Part shown: positions 41,001-46,755 of the stretch, one piece after another
Layout: each line of letters opens with the position of its first letter
How positions within the stretch are numbered: the stretch's first letter is position 1
Origin: Candidatus Omnitrophota bacterium
Lineage (GTDB): Bacteria; Omnitrophota; Gorgyraeia; Gygaellales; Profunditerraquicolaceae
Length of the DNA stretch: 64,000 nt
Reading direction: 5' to 3'
NCBI GenBank assembly: GCA_026387405.1
Contig: JAPLLV010000057.1
Location: 1,503 to 65,502 of the forward strand
The notes under the pieces: model-generated
What the model was told of the DNA's origin: nothing
The model's database searches: none
The model's input: the letters and a program-made list of their open reading frames with translations, nothing else
Made by a program: the position numbers and the translations under genes

Positions 41001-44000
41001 ACGAGTTAATTACAGCCCGAGGTTTTTCGAGCTATAGCGGGATGACGGCGGCTACGACAATGACATTGTCGTCCAGTGGCTTATATCTGCACTCCGACAA
41101 CGGGCTTGTCTTTGGCAATGCTATTGGCGACGGCGCGGGTGGAGATACAGATATGGCATTGCCATGGAAAGCTGCGGGCGATACCTATATTATCCCTCAC
41201 GCGGTGTCCGATTTCGGTCTTATATCCCTTGAACCAACGACTGTGCGCGTGTATTACTTAAGTTCCGGTGTATGGACGCTCTATAACTCATATGACCTTA
41301 CTTCCGCTTCGCGCACTACCCCCGCTTATATCACAGTGGGTACGCAGTCGGGTGCTGACGCATACATCATTGCAAGCGGTCCCGTTCTTGTGGTTGGCGA
41401 CAGGCCGTTTTACATACGCCTTAATGACACTGCTGATGATGAATATGCGGCTTTGGGTTATATGTCAGGTTCTCGCTCTCTATTCGGGGGTGTTGACGAT
41501 TGGAATGCGACAGGCGCCAATATGTATTACAACGGCACAGGCAACGTCGGCATCGGGACGACGAATCCGCAGTATAAATTAGACGTTAATGGAACCGCCA
41601 GAATTAGCGGCGTGACTCTGCTATCAGGCGGTTTATCAGACCTTTCCACCTTGACTGTGACAGGAAATACGTACCTTGCGACAACTTCCGGCAGCGTCGG
41701 CATCGGGACGGCGAGCCCGGGAGGTAAGCTTGAAGTTCAAGGCGGGAGAAGTTTCTTCTCGGCATCTAATGAACAGTATGGGGTAGGTGTGAAATATTCT
41801 TCATCTGGCGGTGCCGTCTACTTCGGCGCTACCAGCAGTTCCGGTACTCCTGACGCTGCAATTTCTAATGCTGGTGGCGGTACACTTATGACTTTACAGA
41901 ATGGCGGCAACGTCGGCATCGGGACGGCGACACCTCTGCAGTCTCTATCTTTGGGTATTTTTGCATCACCGAGCGGTGCTTTATTAGGATATGCCAATTC
42001 CGACCAAGCCGGATTAAGTTATTATTCAGCTCAAAACTTTCCAACTGCTGGACAATATGATCGTGTTCTAGACATCAATGCCGGAGGCGGTAATGCCGGG
42101 AGTCATATCAATTTTTTAACGCAGCCGGTTAATGGTTCTTCGGTCATACGAATGAGTATAGATGACACCGGCAACGTCGGCATCGGGACGACAGCGCCGG
42201 GGGCAAAATTGGATATTGAATCGACTACAGCAGATAATCAGATTTATGTCGGAAGTGTCGCACCGAGCATTAGGCTTTCAAACAATGCGGTATTAGCATC
42301 AAGAACCAATGAAGGCGTCATCGCTCTAACGACGACCGCAAACCAGTATATTCCTGGGAGTGTTGTAGGGGATTTGAATATCTATTCAGCAGCCCCAAAT
42401 TCTGGAACCGTCGGAGGAATTTTATTTGGTACTGGCGCTTCACAAGTGGCACGGATGTATATTAAATCAGACGGCAATGTCGGCATCGGGACAACAGGAC
42501 CAATATTCACACTTCAAACTGCAGGTGCTGCTAATGCGGGCGATGGAACATTTATATTAAATGGGGGGGCACAATCGACAACCTTCTTCGACGCATATGT
42601 CGATGGGACCAGCGCTTATCAGCATACGCCAGGTATGATGGTGCGCAAGGATAGTAGTGGCACGCGCATTGACCAAGCGCCGGCCGCGCTCACGCTATTT
42701 AATAATAACGGTACGAATAATACCTGGGTAAAGTTGGTATTAGCGAACAGGGAAGCTTCAGGGACAGGAAATCCCGTGAGCATTGCAGGCATCGCAGCGC
42801 AAAAGACCTCAGGAGCTGCTGCTGCATGGGCATCGGGTGATCTCGTTCTCTGGGCAAAAAACGTTGGATCGCAGGTTGAAGTTTTGAGGGCAACAAGCGG
42901 CGGCAACGTGGGCATGGGGACGACGGCGCCAGGAGCTAAATTGGAAATAAATCTAGGAGGGATTGATCTCTTGCCGGGCGGGAATCCAGCAACTGCAAAT
43001 ATGGTACGTTTCTTCGGCGGCCAAAGTGGTACGATTTGGGGACAACAATGGGATATGAATATTGCAGGAATAAATGTTAATAATAGTAGATTAACGTTTG
43101 CGGGGGGTAATAATTCAGGTAGTTTGCCACAGGCTAATATTCTAACTCTTGTGAATAATGGCAACGTCGGCATCGGCACCACCGCGCCCAATGACCCTCT
43201 GCATATTTATAAGAGCAGCGGCAATGCATATCTTCGTACTGAAGCAAATAATGGAGCGGGGTCGGTTAGGGCTTATACATTCGGCCCGAATACTACTGAC
43301 TGGAATCTTCACGTCAGGGATGCGACTGGGAATTACGATATCATTACAGCCCTATGGTCAAACGGCAACGTGGGCATCGGGACGACAAACCCGGGAGCAA
43401 AATTGGAGGTCAATGGCACGATCACCGCAACCAGTTTCTCCGGAACCTCATCCAATGTTTCACCATACTATTATGTCACTGCTGGTAATGGATATGGAAT
43501 CGGATATTGGTCTGCTGCTCCATCAACCTATGGGACATTTATGAGTAATTCCGCAACATATCAGTATGGAGATGTAAATGACTACTATATTGCCAATGTG
43601 ATGAGTTCGGGCACAGGCAGGGGTTTTACTTGGTCATATGAGACAACTCCCAGCATGGCGTTAAATGCCAGTAGCGGTAATCTTGCTATTAAAGGCATTT
43701 TTAAAGCTAATGGAACAGGAAATAACTATTTCGCCGGTAACGTCGGCATCGGCACGGCGGCGCCGGGTCAAAAACTCACTATTTATGATACTGCTGTTGC
43801 TGGTGTTGCGCTAAGATTGGGGTATTCGGATACTGCTTATTTCGATTTTGCAAGAAATTATTCTACGGGAACGTTATCAATTCAAGGTAATCAAACTGGT
43901 ACTAACAATATTGTGTTAGCACCAACTAGCGGCAACGTCGGCATGGGGATAGCCGCTCCACTTACGGGAGCAAAGCTTGACGTTAGTAATTTACCCGCGG

Positions 44001-46048
44001 CATGGACGGCGCTGGCCAATACCTATGGCGCGACTGCCTTTACGTACCCCTATAGTTCCGATGAAACGACAGCGGCAGATTACGCCGCATTCTTAGGAAG
44101 GGTTGGTTGGTATGGGGGAGCGAACGGTAATACAAGCGTCTATGCCTTCAAAGCGGATGTTGGCAATGGGTCAGCGTCGTGGGGGCACCCTAAAGCTATG
44201 TATTCATTCTACGGAAAGTTGAATACAAACGTTGTAACCCAGGCATATCAGAAGTACTACGGCCTGTATCTTGATTCTGTGACAAAGGATGCCACTACTT
44301 CTCTTGCAGAGAACTGGGGGATCTATCAGGCTGATACGACTGCCAAGAGCTATTTTGCAGGCAACATTGGCATCGGGACGACTGCGCCGGAGGCAAAATT
44401 AGATATTCATGCCGGAGATTCCGGAGCTGACGTTGAAAATATAAGGTTTAGTCGGGGAGACCCTTGGAGGTATAACTCCATTCACAGTTGCTCTTGGACA
44501 GGAGGGAATGCTTTTATATCATTTTTAGTGCATGACGGAGTTGGAGATACTACTCAGGCAACTGTCATGACATTAAAAGGAAACGGCTACGTCGGCATCG
44601 GGACGACGGGGCCGGGGTATAAACTCGATGTGTACCAGGATTCGGATGTGTGGCATGCAAGTTTCGGTGGAAGCACGGGAAGAGTAAAAATAGGCGGGCA
44701 AACTACAGGAAACCGAGGCGTTATACAGGCGACGACCGACCTATTATTGCAACGAGACGGCGGCAACGTCGGCATCGGCACGGCGAGCCCGACACAGAAG
44801 CTCCAGGTCCATGGCAATGTGTACATTGATACGTACGGCCAAATAAAGATGCTTACTGGTAATGCTTGGGGCAGATTTATCGGTCAGTATGCGCAAACCG
44901 GAGCGAACGACGCGCTCTTTATTTCTGATAACTACGATAGAGTTGCGGGAACGATAGACCACACATCGCTTGGCACCGCGGAAATAGAGTTACGCGGAGC
45001 CAATGCCGGCCCGGGAGCGATCTATCTGCGCAGCGGTGCCGTAAATACCGCTCCGACTGATACGCTCACTGTTACCGGCGGCAACGTCGGCATCGGGACG
45101 GCGGCACCGCGGACATCTTTGGACATTCTGACTTCTGGTACTGCGAATGTAAATGGAGATGTACCTCATGGCCTTGTGCTGCAAGGTCCGTCCTATGGTC
45201 TCGGAACATACACTGGCCAGCTGGTCGTGCAATCCAACGATGCTCAAGCCGCAAATATGGGCGGGTCCATTGCATTGGGCGGCAGGTATGTTGATTCGAA
45301 TTCTACGGGCGCTTATTTTGCAGGCATTCAAGGCGCAAAAGAGAATAGCACTTCCGGAAATCTAGCCGGATATTTGGCGTTCAGAACGCGCACTACCGGT
45401 AATGCAGACACGGAAAAAATGCGAATCGACAGCGCTGGTAATATCGGCATCGGGATGGCGGCGCCCGTTGAGCCCCTTCAGGTACATCTTGCCACCGGTA
45501 AGAATGTGGGTTTTTTCAACAGTACACTTCCTGCAGTCGGGTCATTCAATGATAACTTCAGTAGTTGGGGAGATTTACAAGTTGGTCTCAATCTGTACTC
45601 TATGGCCAGCGGCAACGTCGGAATCGGGACGACGGCGCCCGGGGCAAAACTGGAAATTGTGGGCACGAATTCACTGATCAGCAACAATTCCGGGAATATC
45701 ACAATTACGCCCAATACCAATTTAAAAGTGACAACGCAGTATTATTCCGCGAAATATTCGTGCACCACCACATTGAGTTGGGATAACGGCAACGTGCAGT
45801 ACATCCAGCTTGCCGGCGGGGGCAATACGTTTACTTTTGCCAATCCTCAAGGGGGGGGGCGATATCTCCTTATCTTAAAACAGCCGTCCTCTGGTTCTGC
45901 CGGCACCGTGACCTGGCCTGCGGCGGTTTTGTGGTCGGCCGGAACAGCGCCGACGTTAACAGCGACGAACAGTAAAGTAGACATCATTACTTTTGTTTAT
46001 GACGACACGAACAGTAAGTATTACGGCGGCTCGAGTTTGAATTATTAG
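26003..46048 (+). CDS. giant (6,681 aa) secreted tail-fibre-like repeat protein
   Basis: Single uninterrupted reading frame of 20,046 nt. ATG at 26003 is preceded by GGAGG. N-terminal signal anchor (VMTFCFFIIALLFFW). About 60 copies of GNVGIGTTxPxxKLxV are spaced irregularly, with a unique ~110-aa C-terminus. The minus-strand ORFs inside are mirror readings of the repeat. Confidence 0.85.
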   Translation: MKNIFTKPSGFKSVMTFCFFIIALLFFWDTVFGEMARQISFQARITNKDKTVLSGSLSVTFRLYSAETDGTALWTETQTVTADSSGIISCYLGSVTPFPDSVDFNTTYYISLEVSGDGEMSPRIKVVPTPAALNSRLFDGLLSSQFLQAGVLTVSGYFAQDYTGIDHNAMTISYSPASGSYNAVDISYGSAGGTGVALQVTQNGTGNIMQLNYDGTPRMVVEMNGNVGIGTTSPSQALEVNGTVKATTFLGDGSSLSGLSGVISGLTTGKIPKAASTTSIADSVIYETSSNIGIGTTNPGSKLDVLGTLRLSGSTSGYVGLAPAAAAGAATYTLPSSSANGLLKNTDGALSWDTTNYLTSGTIASGITNYLAKYTGTSAIGASTMIYDDGSNIGIGTTNPLQKLQVGGDINIEGGSGLMINNTAASGQYLRGNGTRFVDASIAAGDLPTAIDAAKIADGSVSNGAFQYLSGVTSAVQTQLDSKAPKAGPIFSGTVTVGSMSSAGFVKNDAAGVLSGGNTLTPGTDFTTANLVNGTGINMGGTLTNRIVGSAGNVTVNVSSGVPTSVTSDTNVTGSIADNALTLGWSGQLPVSRGGTGAYTLTGILKGNGTDAFTAAVSGTDYLTPAGTLTGLVQSIVSGTSYITGGNLGIGTTAPSAKLEIKAAGTGPDGFALRVTDAEGTDKLALLDNGNLGIGTTAPGAALEIGGQIKITGGAPGENKVLISNALGLASWSSAASIIDANSLDYDKFKDAMTLDASTTVSFGNYDYIFDLTGTGNFRAQDNGSDVFTVKNTGNVGIGTTNPISKLAVTGKITVADDANANDSNGKIYIGKDSGGSTEGAPENGSQYIMWNDSFNAGGKTGWMYVSGGLSATSINIRNTNTLVFGDTNDTPQTVSYSPTGGVGGVGAFTFSKEIVTQASSPSYLTFSKANNNTLYSLEFNPDSSPQTLRLVKKVSGGSIIPLFEFDTAGSFGVFDESGNKSTIISQGRQWQQEFNNLIFNGSFESFSGGISEAPTGMGATQYQSSVIDGWFNLGGASISRIYAPSFGYAASGNVKFGYAAVNVSDVSSSAAQAIQQEIQPFALRDILGKQITLSVFARNGNTGSATTTIGFEAQDSAGNSITTNFIGLKNSLSILDSGFTLLSYTVTVPTNTSRLFVRLFGADASNVTNTGVVIYDGVSLVSGSLVSPFRPTPIVDSGTQTQKIYGDMEIDMSGPSGDMANYGVSSGGNLGIQGQLAVGGGIQVFGGSMTLGRGGANSGIWAYPMGNTSGTTAYKYVVTSVNSGTIESMPHQVYLSNGPSALTTSNSINIGWNVDSNASSYKLYGRSPSSLGLIASGLTSTYYNDNGSVSPNTGVQPPTFYQNAWTPPGSLTMEGGLRVGTGGNPSYVGSGSAVSFGNAYIVGNLEVGGTIYGDISGAVAGWNKVGTNVQLKNIGDNVGIGTTDPGAKLEVAGQIKMTGSTPGAGKVLTSDANGLASWQNATGNVASVFGRAGAVTAQANDYTWAQIDKTTSSLADITTRSAGDLSSGNLAIARMPTGGDWGLSSNLSISGGNVGIGTTSPSAKLEIRSDNNGGIGPTLILSNKTGGAFGTLGNAAQINFGLDISEALTEPNAAIQAILEDDSNAASGLRFFTFNGTASGERVRIANSGNVGIGTTAPGSKLHLHATAISGRESLMKATVSDAGTDAFYIGNITSADNWFVPAFAGMVNSTNARQSLTFAGFVTAANDASNTSPVVDFLAARSTSTTDPLNGTLTGIANRDLFAFRTLDGSGNSVYKMVMNSSGNVGIGTTSPAYKLDVNGTLNATNINQGGTGLIDGTGTTNYLPKWSDSNTLTGTSLVYDTGTNVGIGTTSPSANLQVSDGSLVNSALISTDKILLTYQNTAPGLSIISADNTTASNRAVFKGVRSRGTLVSPLAPSTDDDVLSFLGAIYDGTATQATAMVGFKVDGAVSSGVAPQRISFITSETTGAARQERLTIKANGNVGIGTTNPTATLHIATGGIRFPDNSYQTSATAGGSVTNIATTAPITGGTITNTGTIGLSYANGLKLSGNDLVPDYGSSANTVAQGNTAVNVNTTGNLSGGATGTAGGGLNVTLNTVNNPTFSTSVTTPILQNASSDLTLQTTTSGNILLSPSGNIGIGTTLPQAKLEIKAAGTSTGFALKVQDSTGADKLAFLDNGSLGIGTTSPGSYKLYVAGDAYLGGLTLSNGSINFGNDLDMQNHLLLNIGNAATDFTTGGGLNLAGNLAVNSTKLFVDATNGNVGIGTTSPTAALTFPAASTGIVLHNAADQTTNTETGFARWSGNSFQIGTNKTGTGTARSLEFFTGGVSRFTLTGAGDYSPTSDNTLFMGLSNKRFYTAYFSNSINIGTGTSPQVYLAASGNSWLTGGNVGIGTTGPIYKIDMLFSNNLAVGDGIRIVNSNTGNLAAAMIRVENNTGSDGRLFKLGSGYSAYKTIVGNDLGFYNYTSGNISILNDVATGKILFAAGAANTAQMLIDTNGNVGIGTTAPLGLLQVGTSPNAPLVVLASGNVGIGTTSPGAKLDIGTGTSADIIFGANTTYTTYNIISTNGVMTDAGFQGFGGGGSAEFYMQAPATGGLHFRTNGNSEKVTILSGGNVGIGTAAPLGLLQVGTSPNAPLVVLANGNVGVGTTSPAQTLDVTGTARITGNVGIGTTASSTYGLYVVGNAYLGGLTLANGGINFGNDLDMQNHMILNIGDAATDFTTGGGLNLVGNLAVNATKLFVDATNGNVGIGTSTPGTAALAIMNGNVGIGTTSPGSIFYVNGSSGAPSTLNSLMTLRDNNTNIGFQMGATTGYGWIRSADILSTAYSGIKVGNGYVSVMDGSTNDKVYVNTTTGNVGIGTTNPGAKFQISGTGVYDASGAARFDLLNTTYGTSWFTHVGDTGNWQVANGAATKLRISPTTNGNMDFFNGTGNVIVNGTGNVGIGTTSPVYKLDVNGTLNATAITQGGVGLIDGAGTANYLPKWSDSNTLTGTSLVYDNGTNVGIGTTSPVQALQVANDFAIDTVNHRVGLGLTNPAYQFTIGSNLSNEATRGITVLQGSDSASAANLNFRKSRGTFASPETVSNHDYLNLTTFYAYTNQWQSPAAFGTFVDGTVSSGVNPVSMLFSTGSANEAYNPFTNNSVRMYLKPDGSVGLGGSMGTMGSFAGSKMVIDTAGNVGIGTTNPTSLLYVAGDANITGTFNAGIFSPFTLSVPGAAYLAYSSGNVGIGTTNPGTKLTVSGSGFNGGYGTFISTDSGNGVLVQGVDGAGINDTAYYAFSDGNSAHNAFIGLVGTAGKGSGNVGDLRFAAGNNTERMRISTGGNVGIGTVSPAYRLNVADVAENTFGRDIVIRNGDETNYWRLSQGINTSGSASAGVPNSSSYLLWEQGGGYGQSGGLAVGTNNAYAGPLMLVSGGSEAVRVLNNGNVGIGTTSPNAPLSIVNAVGRRFILNDSATSYAMGLGINLGQAANSMGAFIGYGDGTAGSSNFEIVSADQAWPYTSYTTRFVVQRGGNVGIGTTGPGAKLEVAGTGVGSGWGTNLSTALVVDGGGLGTTAGSYVYPAEIQNTAGNRLRLQFAPYRRVAGASWQGSAYRMQYAVDNSFTDGGKAYIELGGDDSTSSGGGFVSLGTNGTDRLSILDNGAVGIGIITPYSSLHISNTNPSNAILTLGGGFAGTVDTGGQIVFRTDFGSTDTVGGASIRGLNQWGGESSGQAMDLAFYTNQRTGANAYTGLTERMKITQAGYVGIGTTAPQGRLDVSGITDAGSVYFRSTGRPFLDIKGGANSYSTLRFSDGSDGTYRWDINVNPGNDAQPNALGFWSTTLSAPALTILQSGYVGIGTTSPTSLLDVAGNLNVTGTFSMGAFSPSTLSVPGAAYLAYSSGNVGIGLTNPGAKLDIQTSVLTAPVLRVMNYGNTGNSNFTMTIHTDQPANVGGAYPQYTGAALKVTAFPNASADNAGYVLKVGSDDSSGSSFSPYLVVKAANGNVGIGTASPDAKLTINSNTVASPGILSSGTVSHIVGADAAVSRMLIDVFANTASVTLRKADGTAASPTALAANDLIGQFAFQGYGTTAYSTAAKAAMNGFASENWTDTAQGTYLTFNTTLNGAAGASERVRIDNAGNVGIGTTSPGYPLQVGNYAYLTNDGTNEFAILGAKTASGGLERLFLDANWVRIGTNYSSPDIEIKSGYVGIGTTSPGYLLELYNAANPIINLKTANYSTGFSQYEGSWYGVSNPTIIQPLAPATSHDVVITGVQNGPLSGIVIKSTGNVGIGTTSPQTSLEIGYKTQRYLMFSDSRLAHGVTNFVPTNVFGSFEQYTSDGLGGFIFRGVTGDVDRTALYFVGVSGNAAPTNAPIVFRGAKKSGAGYTDMANNEPVIQFQSGSTPLNIMTFMGSGNVGIGTTGPLQMLQVGQLSGSAVSDGQLVLAKSNGGPNRAFKIGLDSNYALSIGDYGYHAGIAYTPYLTMSYATGNVGIGTTDPQYKLDVNGTARISGVTLLSGGLSDLSTLTVTGNTNLATTSGNVGIGTTAPGTKLQVSGDGNANTYRGVIRIDDTGTSKWGGIAFPDSVGAADSAANNYYFIGRGDAIANRTFTIHIPTAANYGSGGQPIFGVYSTGSDQLFRVQASTGETYIKGSLGIGTTSPGFTLDVNGTVARVGPTGSGVAYTQYGNSATDANNYLVGDENGDFEFYQGKYGGTGNDRMRIKAGVNVGIGTASPSAKLHVKGDAYVGVPYLDSDTSDKTLTIATMTTGKPYLSFQQGGNSGSEIYHDNTYLNFGENSGGSRSGPYMVIKTAGAGQGSVGIGTTTPVAPLQVVGRATADYLDQGHSDLGTSASQSALSTWVAMASATVSYGTVEANTRIYKNGDLVAEKATAGAGTFNVVAGDIITTNNKPVGLVAEGAQYSIVPLTLSGTQFGFYSSRDDPQIVYVYAPYGTAYVEFYQDAYKGGTPAATATVAQGQIATLTGTATVAAHYNRVYASSPVIMTKAGTGGDYDIVSPASHELITARGFSSYSGMTAATTMTLSSSGLYLHSDNGLVFGNAIGDGAGGDTDMALPWKAAGDTYIIPHAVSDFGLISLEPTTVRVYYLSSGVWTLYNSYDLTSASRTTPAYITVGTQSGADAYIIASGPVLVVGDRPFYIRLNDTADDEYAALGYMSGSRSLFGGVDDWNATGANMYYNGTGNVGIGTTNPQYKLDVNGTARISGVTLLSGGLSDLSTLTVTGNTYLATTSGSVGIGTASPGGKLEVQGGRSFFSASNEQYGVGVKYSSSGGAVYFGATSSSGTPDAAISNAGGGTLMTLQNGGNVGIGTATPLQSLSLGIFASPSGALLGYANSDQAGLSYYSAQNFPTAGQYDRVLDINAGGGNAGSHINFLTQPVNGSSVIRMSIDDTGNVGIGTTAPGAKLDIESTTADNQIYVGSVAPSIRLSNNAVLASRTNEGVIALTTTANQYIPGSVVGDLNIYSAAPNSGTVGGILFGTGASQVARMYIKSDGNVGIGTTGPIFTLQTAGAANAGDGTFILNGGAQSTTFFDAYVDGTSAYQHTPGMMVRKDSSGTRIDQAPAALTLFNNNGTNNTWVKLVLANREASGTGNPVSIAGIAAQKTSGAAAAWASGDLVLWAKNVGSQVEVLRATSGGNVGMGTTAPGAKLEINLGGIDLLPGGNPATANMVRFFGGQSGTIWGQQWDMNIAGINVNNSRLTFAGGNNSGSLPQANILTLVNNGNVGIGTTAPNDPLHIYKSSGNAYLRTEANNGAGSVRAYTFGPNTTDWNLHVRDATGNYDIITALWSNGNVGIGTTNPGAKLEVNGTITATSFSGTSSNVSPYYYVTAGNGYGIGYWSAAPSTYGTFMSNSATYQYGDVNDYYIANVMSSGTGRGFTWSYETTPSMALNASSGNLAIKGIFKANGTGNNYFAGNVGIGTAAPGQKLTIYDTAVAGVALRLGYSDTAYFDFARNYSTGTLSIQGNQTGTNNIVLAPTSGNVGMGIAAPLTGAKLDVSNLPAAWTALANTYGATAFTYPYSSDETTAADYAAFLGRVGWYGGANGNTSVYAFKADVGNGSASWGHPKAMYSFYGKLNTNVVTQAYQKYYGLYLDSVTKDATTSLAENWGIYQADTTAKSYFAGNIGIGTTAPEAKLDIHAGDSGADVENIRFSRGDPWRYNSIHSCSWTGGNAFISFLVHDGVGDTTQATVMTLKGNGYVGIGTTGPGYKLDVYQDSDVWHASFGGSTGRVKIGGQTTGNRGVIQATTDLLLQRDGGNVGIGTASPTQKLQVHGNVYIDTYGQIKMLTGNAWGRFIGQYAQTGANDALFISDNYDRVAGTIDHTSLGTAEIELRGANAGPGAIYLRSGAVNTAPTDTLTVTGGNVGIGTAAPRTSLDILTSGTANVNGDVPHGLVLQGPSYGLGTYTGQLVVQSNDAQAANMGGSIALGGRYVDSNSTGAYFAGIQGAKENSTSGNLAGYLAFRTRTTGNADTEKMRIDSAGNIGIGMAAPVEPLQVHLATGKNVGFFNSTLPAVGSFNDNFSSWGDLQVGLNLYSMASGNVGIGTTAPGAKLEIVGTNSLISNNSGNITITPNTNLKVTTQYYSAKYSCTTTLSWDNGNVQYIQLAGGGNTFTFANPQGGGRYLLILKQPSSGSAGTVTWPAAVLWSAGTAPTLTATNSKVDIITFVYDDTNSKYYGGSSLNY

Positions 46049-46088
46049 GCGTCAAGTTTTTTAGCAGCGCTTTCGCGAGGTTCTTATT

Positions 46089-46628
46089 ATGAAAAAACTG
46101 TGCGCGTTCATAGTTTTATTTTGCGCAATGTGTTGTGCCTGTCGGCTTGGCTATGCCGAGACACCCCTTCAGACCTGCCCTCCGGCTGGTTATACAACTA
46201 ATAATGCCTGGGACTATTCAATGGGATATAGATTTACGCCGAATGTGAATGGCCAGATCACGAAACTCGGCGGTTACTTCTCCGGCACAAAATGGGTCAG
46301 GCTTTACGATGCTTCATACACACTGCTTGCCAGTGCGCAGGTCATGAGTGCCTATAACTGGGTATACACCTCGATCACTCCGGTCAGCGTGACCAGTGGC
46401 GCAACATATTATGTCGTGGTTGAAGTAGCCAGTAGCGGCGGTGTCTTTAATACCTACACAACGCCTAATACCTGCGGTAATGTTACGATGAATGCCTCTA
46501 CATATCAGACTCCCAGTGGTACGTTTAATTCCGGCCATGCCGAAACCCCAAGTTATATGTATGGTCTGGTCGATGTGGAATTTACTGTTGGAGGGGGAGC
46601 CAGCGCTTTTTTGTTGGGGGGAGATTAA
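46089..46628 (+). CDS. small secreted protein, DUF4082-like domain
   Basis: Signal peptide MKKLCAFIVLFCAMCCAC. ...GYRFTPNVNGQITKLGGYFSGTKWVRLYDASYTLLASAQV...TSITPVSVTSGATYYVVVEV... matches the DUF4082 pattern (from memory). Confidence 0.5.
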   Translation: MKKLCAFIVLFCAMCCACRLGYAETPLQTCPPAGYTTNNAWDYSMGYRFTPNVNGQITKLGGYFSGTKWVRLYDASYTLLASAQVMSAYNWVYTSITPVSVTSGATYYVVVEVASSGGVFNTYTTPNTCGNVTMNASTYQTPSGTFNSGHAETPSYMYGLVDVEFTVGGGASAFLLGGD

Positions 46629-46755
46629 GCGGATTTATACGTGCGCAACAAGAAAACCCCGCCATTTATGGCGGGGATGAACAAAGGTTGCGCAGTATCA
46701 ACCATAGCAAACCTCGGGTTTTAGCCCGAGGTAGCCGTAGGTTGATTTAAATGAT

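Noticed and set aside
30300-45700. Regularly recurring 23-nt near-identical sequence, which could be mistaken for a CRISPR array
   Set aside because: Spacing is irregular (200-450 nt), the repeat is not palindromic, it sits in frame inside a continuous ORF, and no cas genes are nearby.
26638-45720. More than 30 minus-strand ORFs inside the giant gene, many containing the peptide (G)(L/A)VVPMPTLP
   Set aside because: They are the reverse-complement reading of the GGCAACGTCGGCATCGGGACGAC repeat core (GNVGIGTT on the + strand). They are periodic because the repeat is periodic, and none has an independent start/RBS context. Mirror artifacts.
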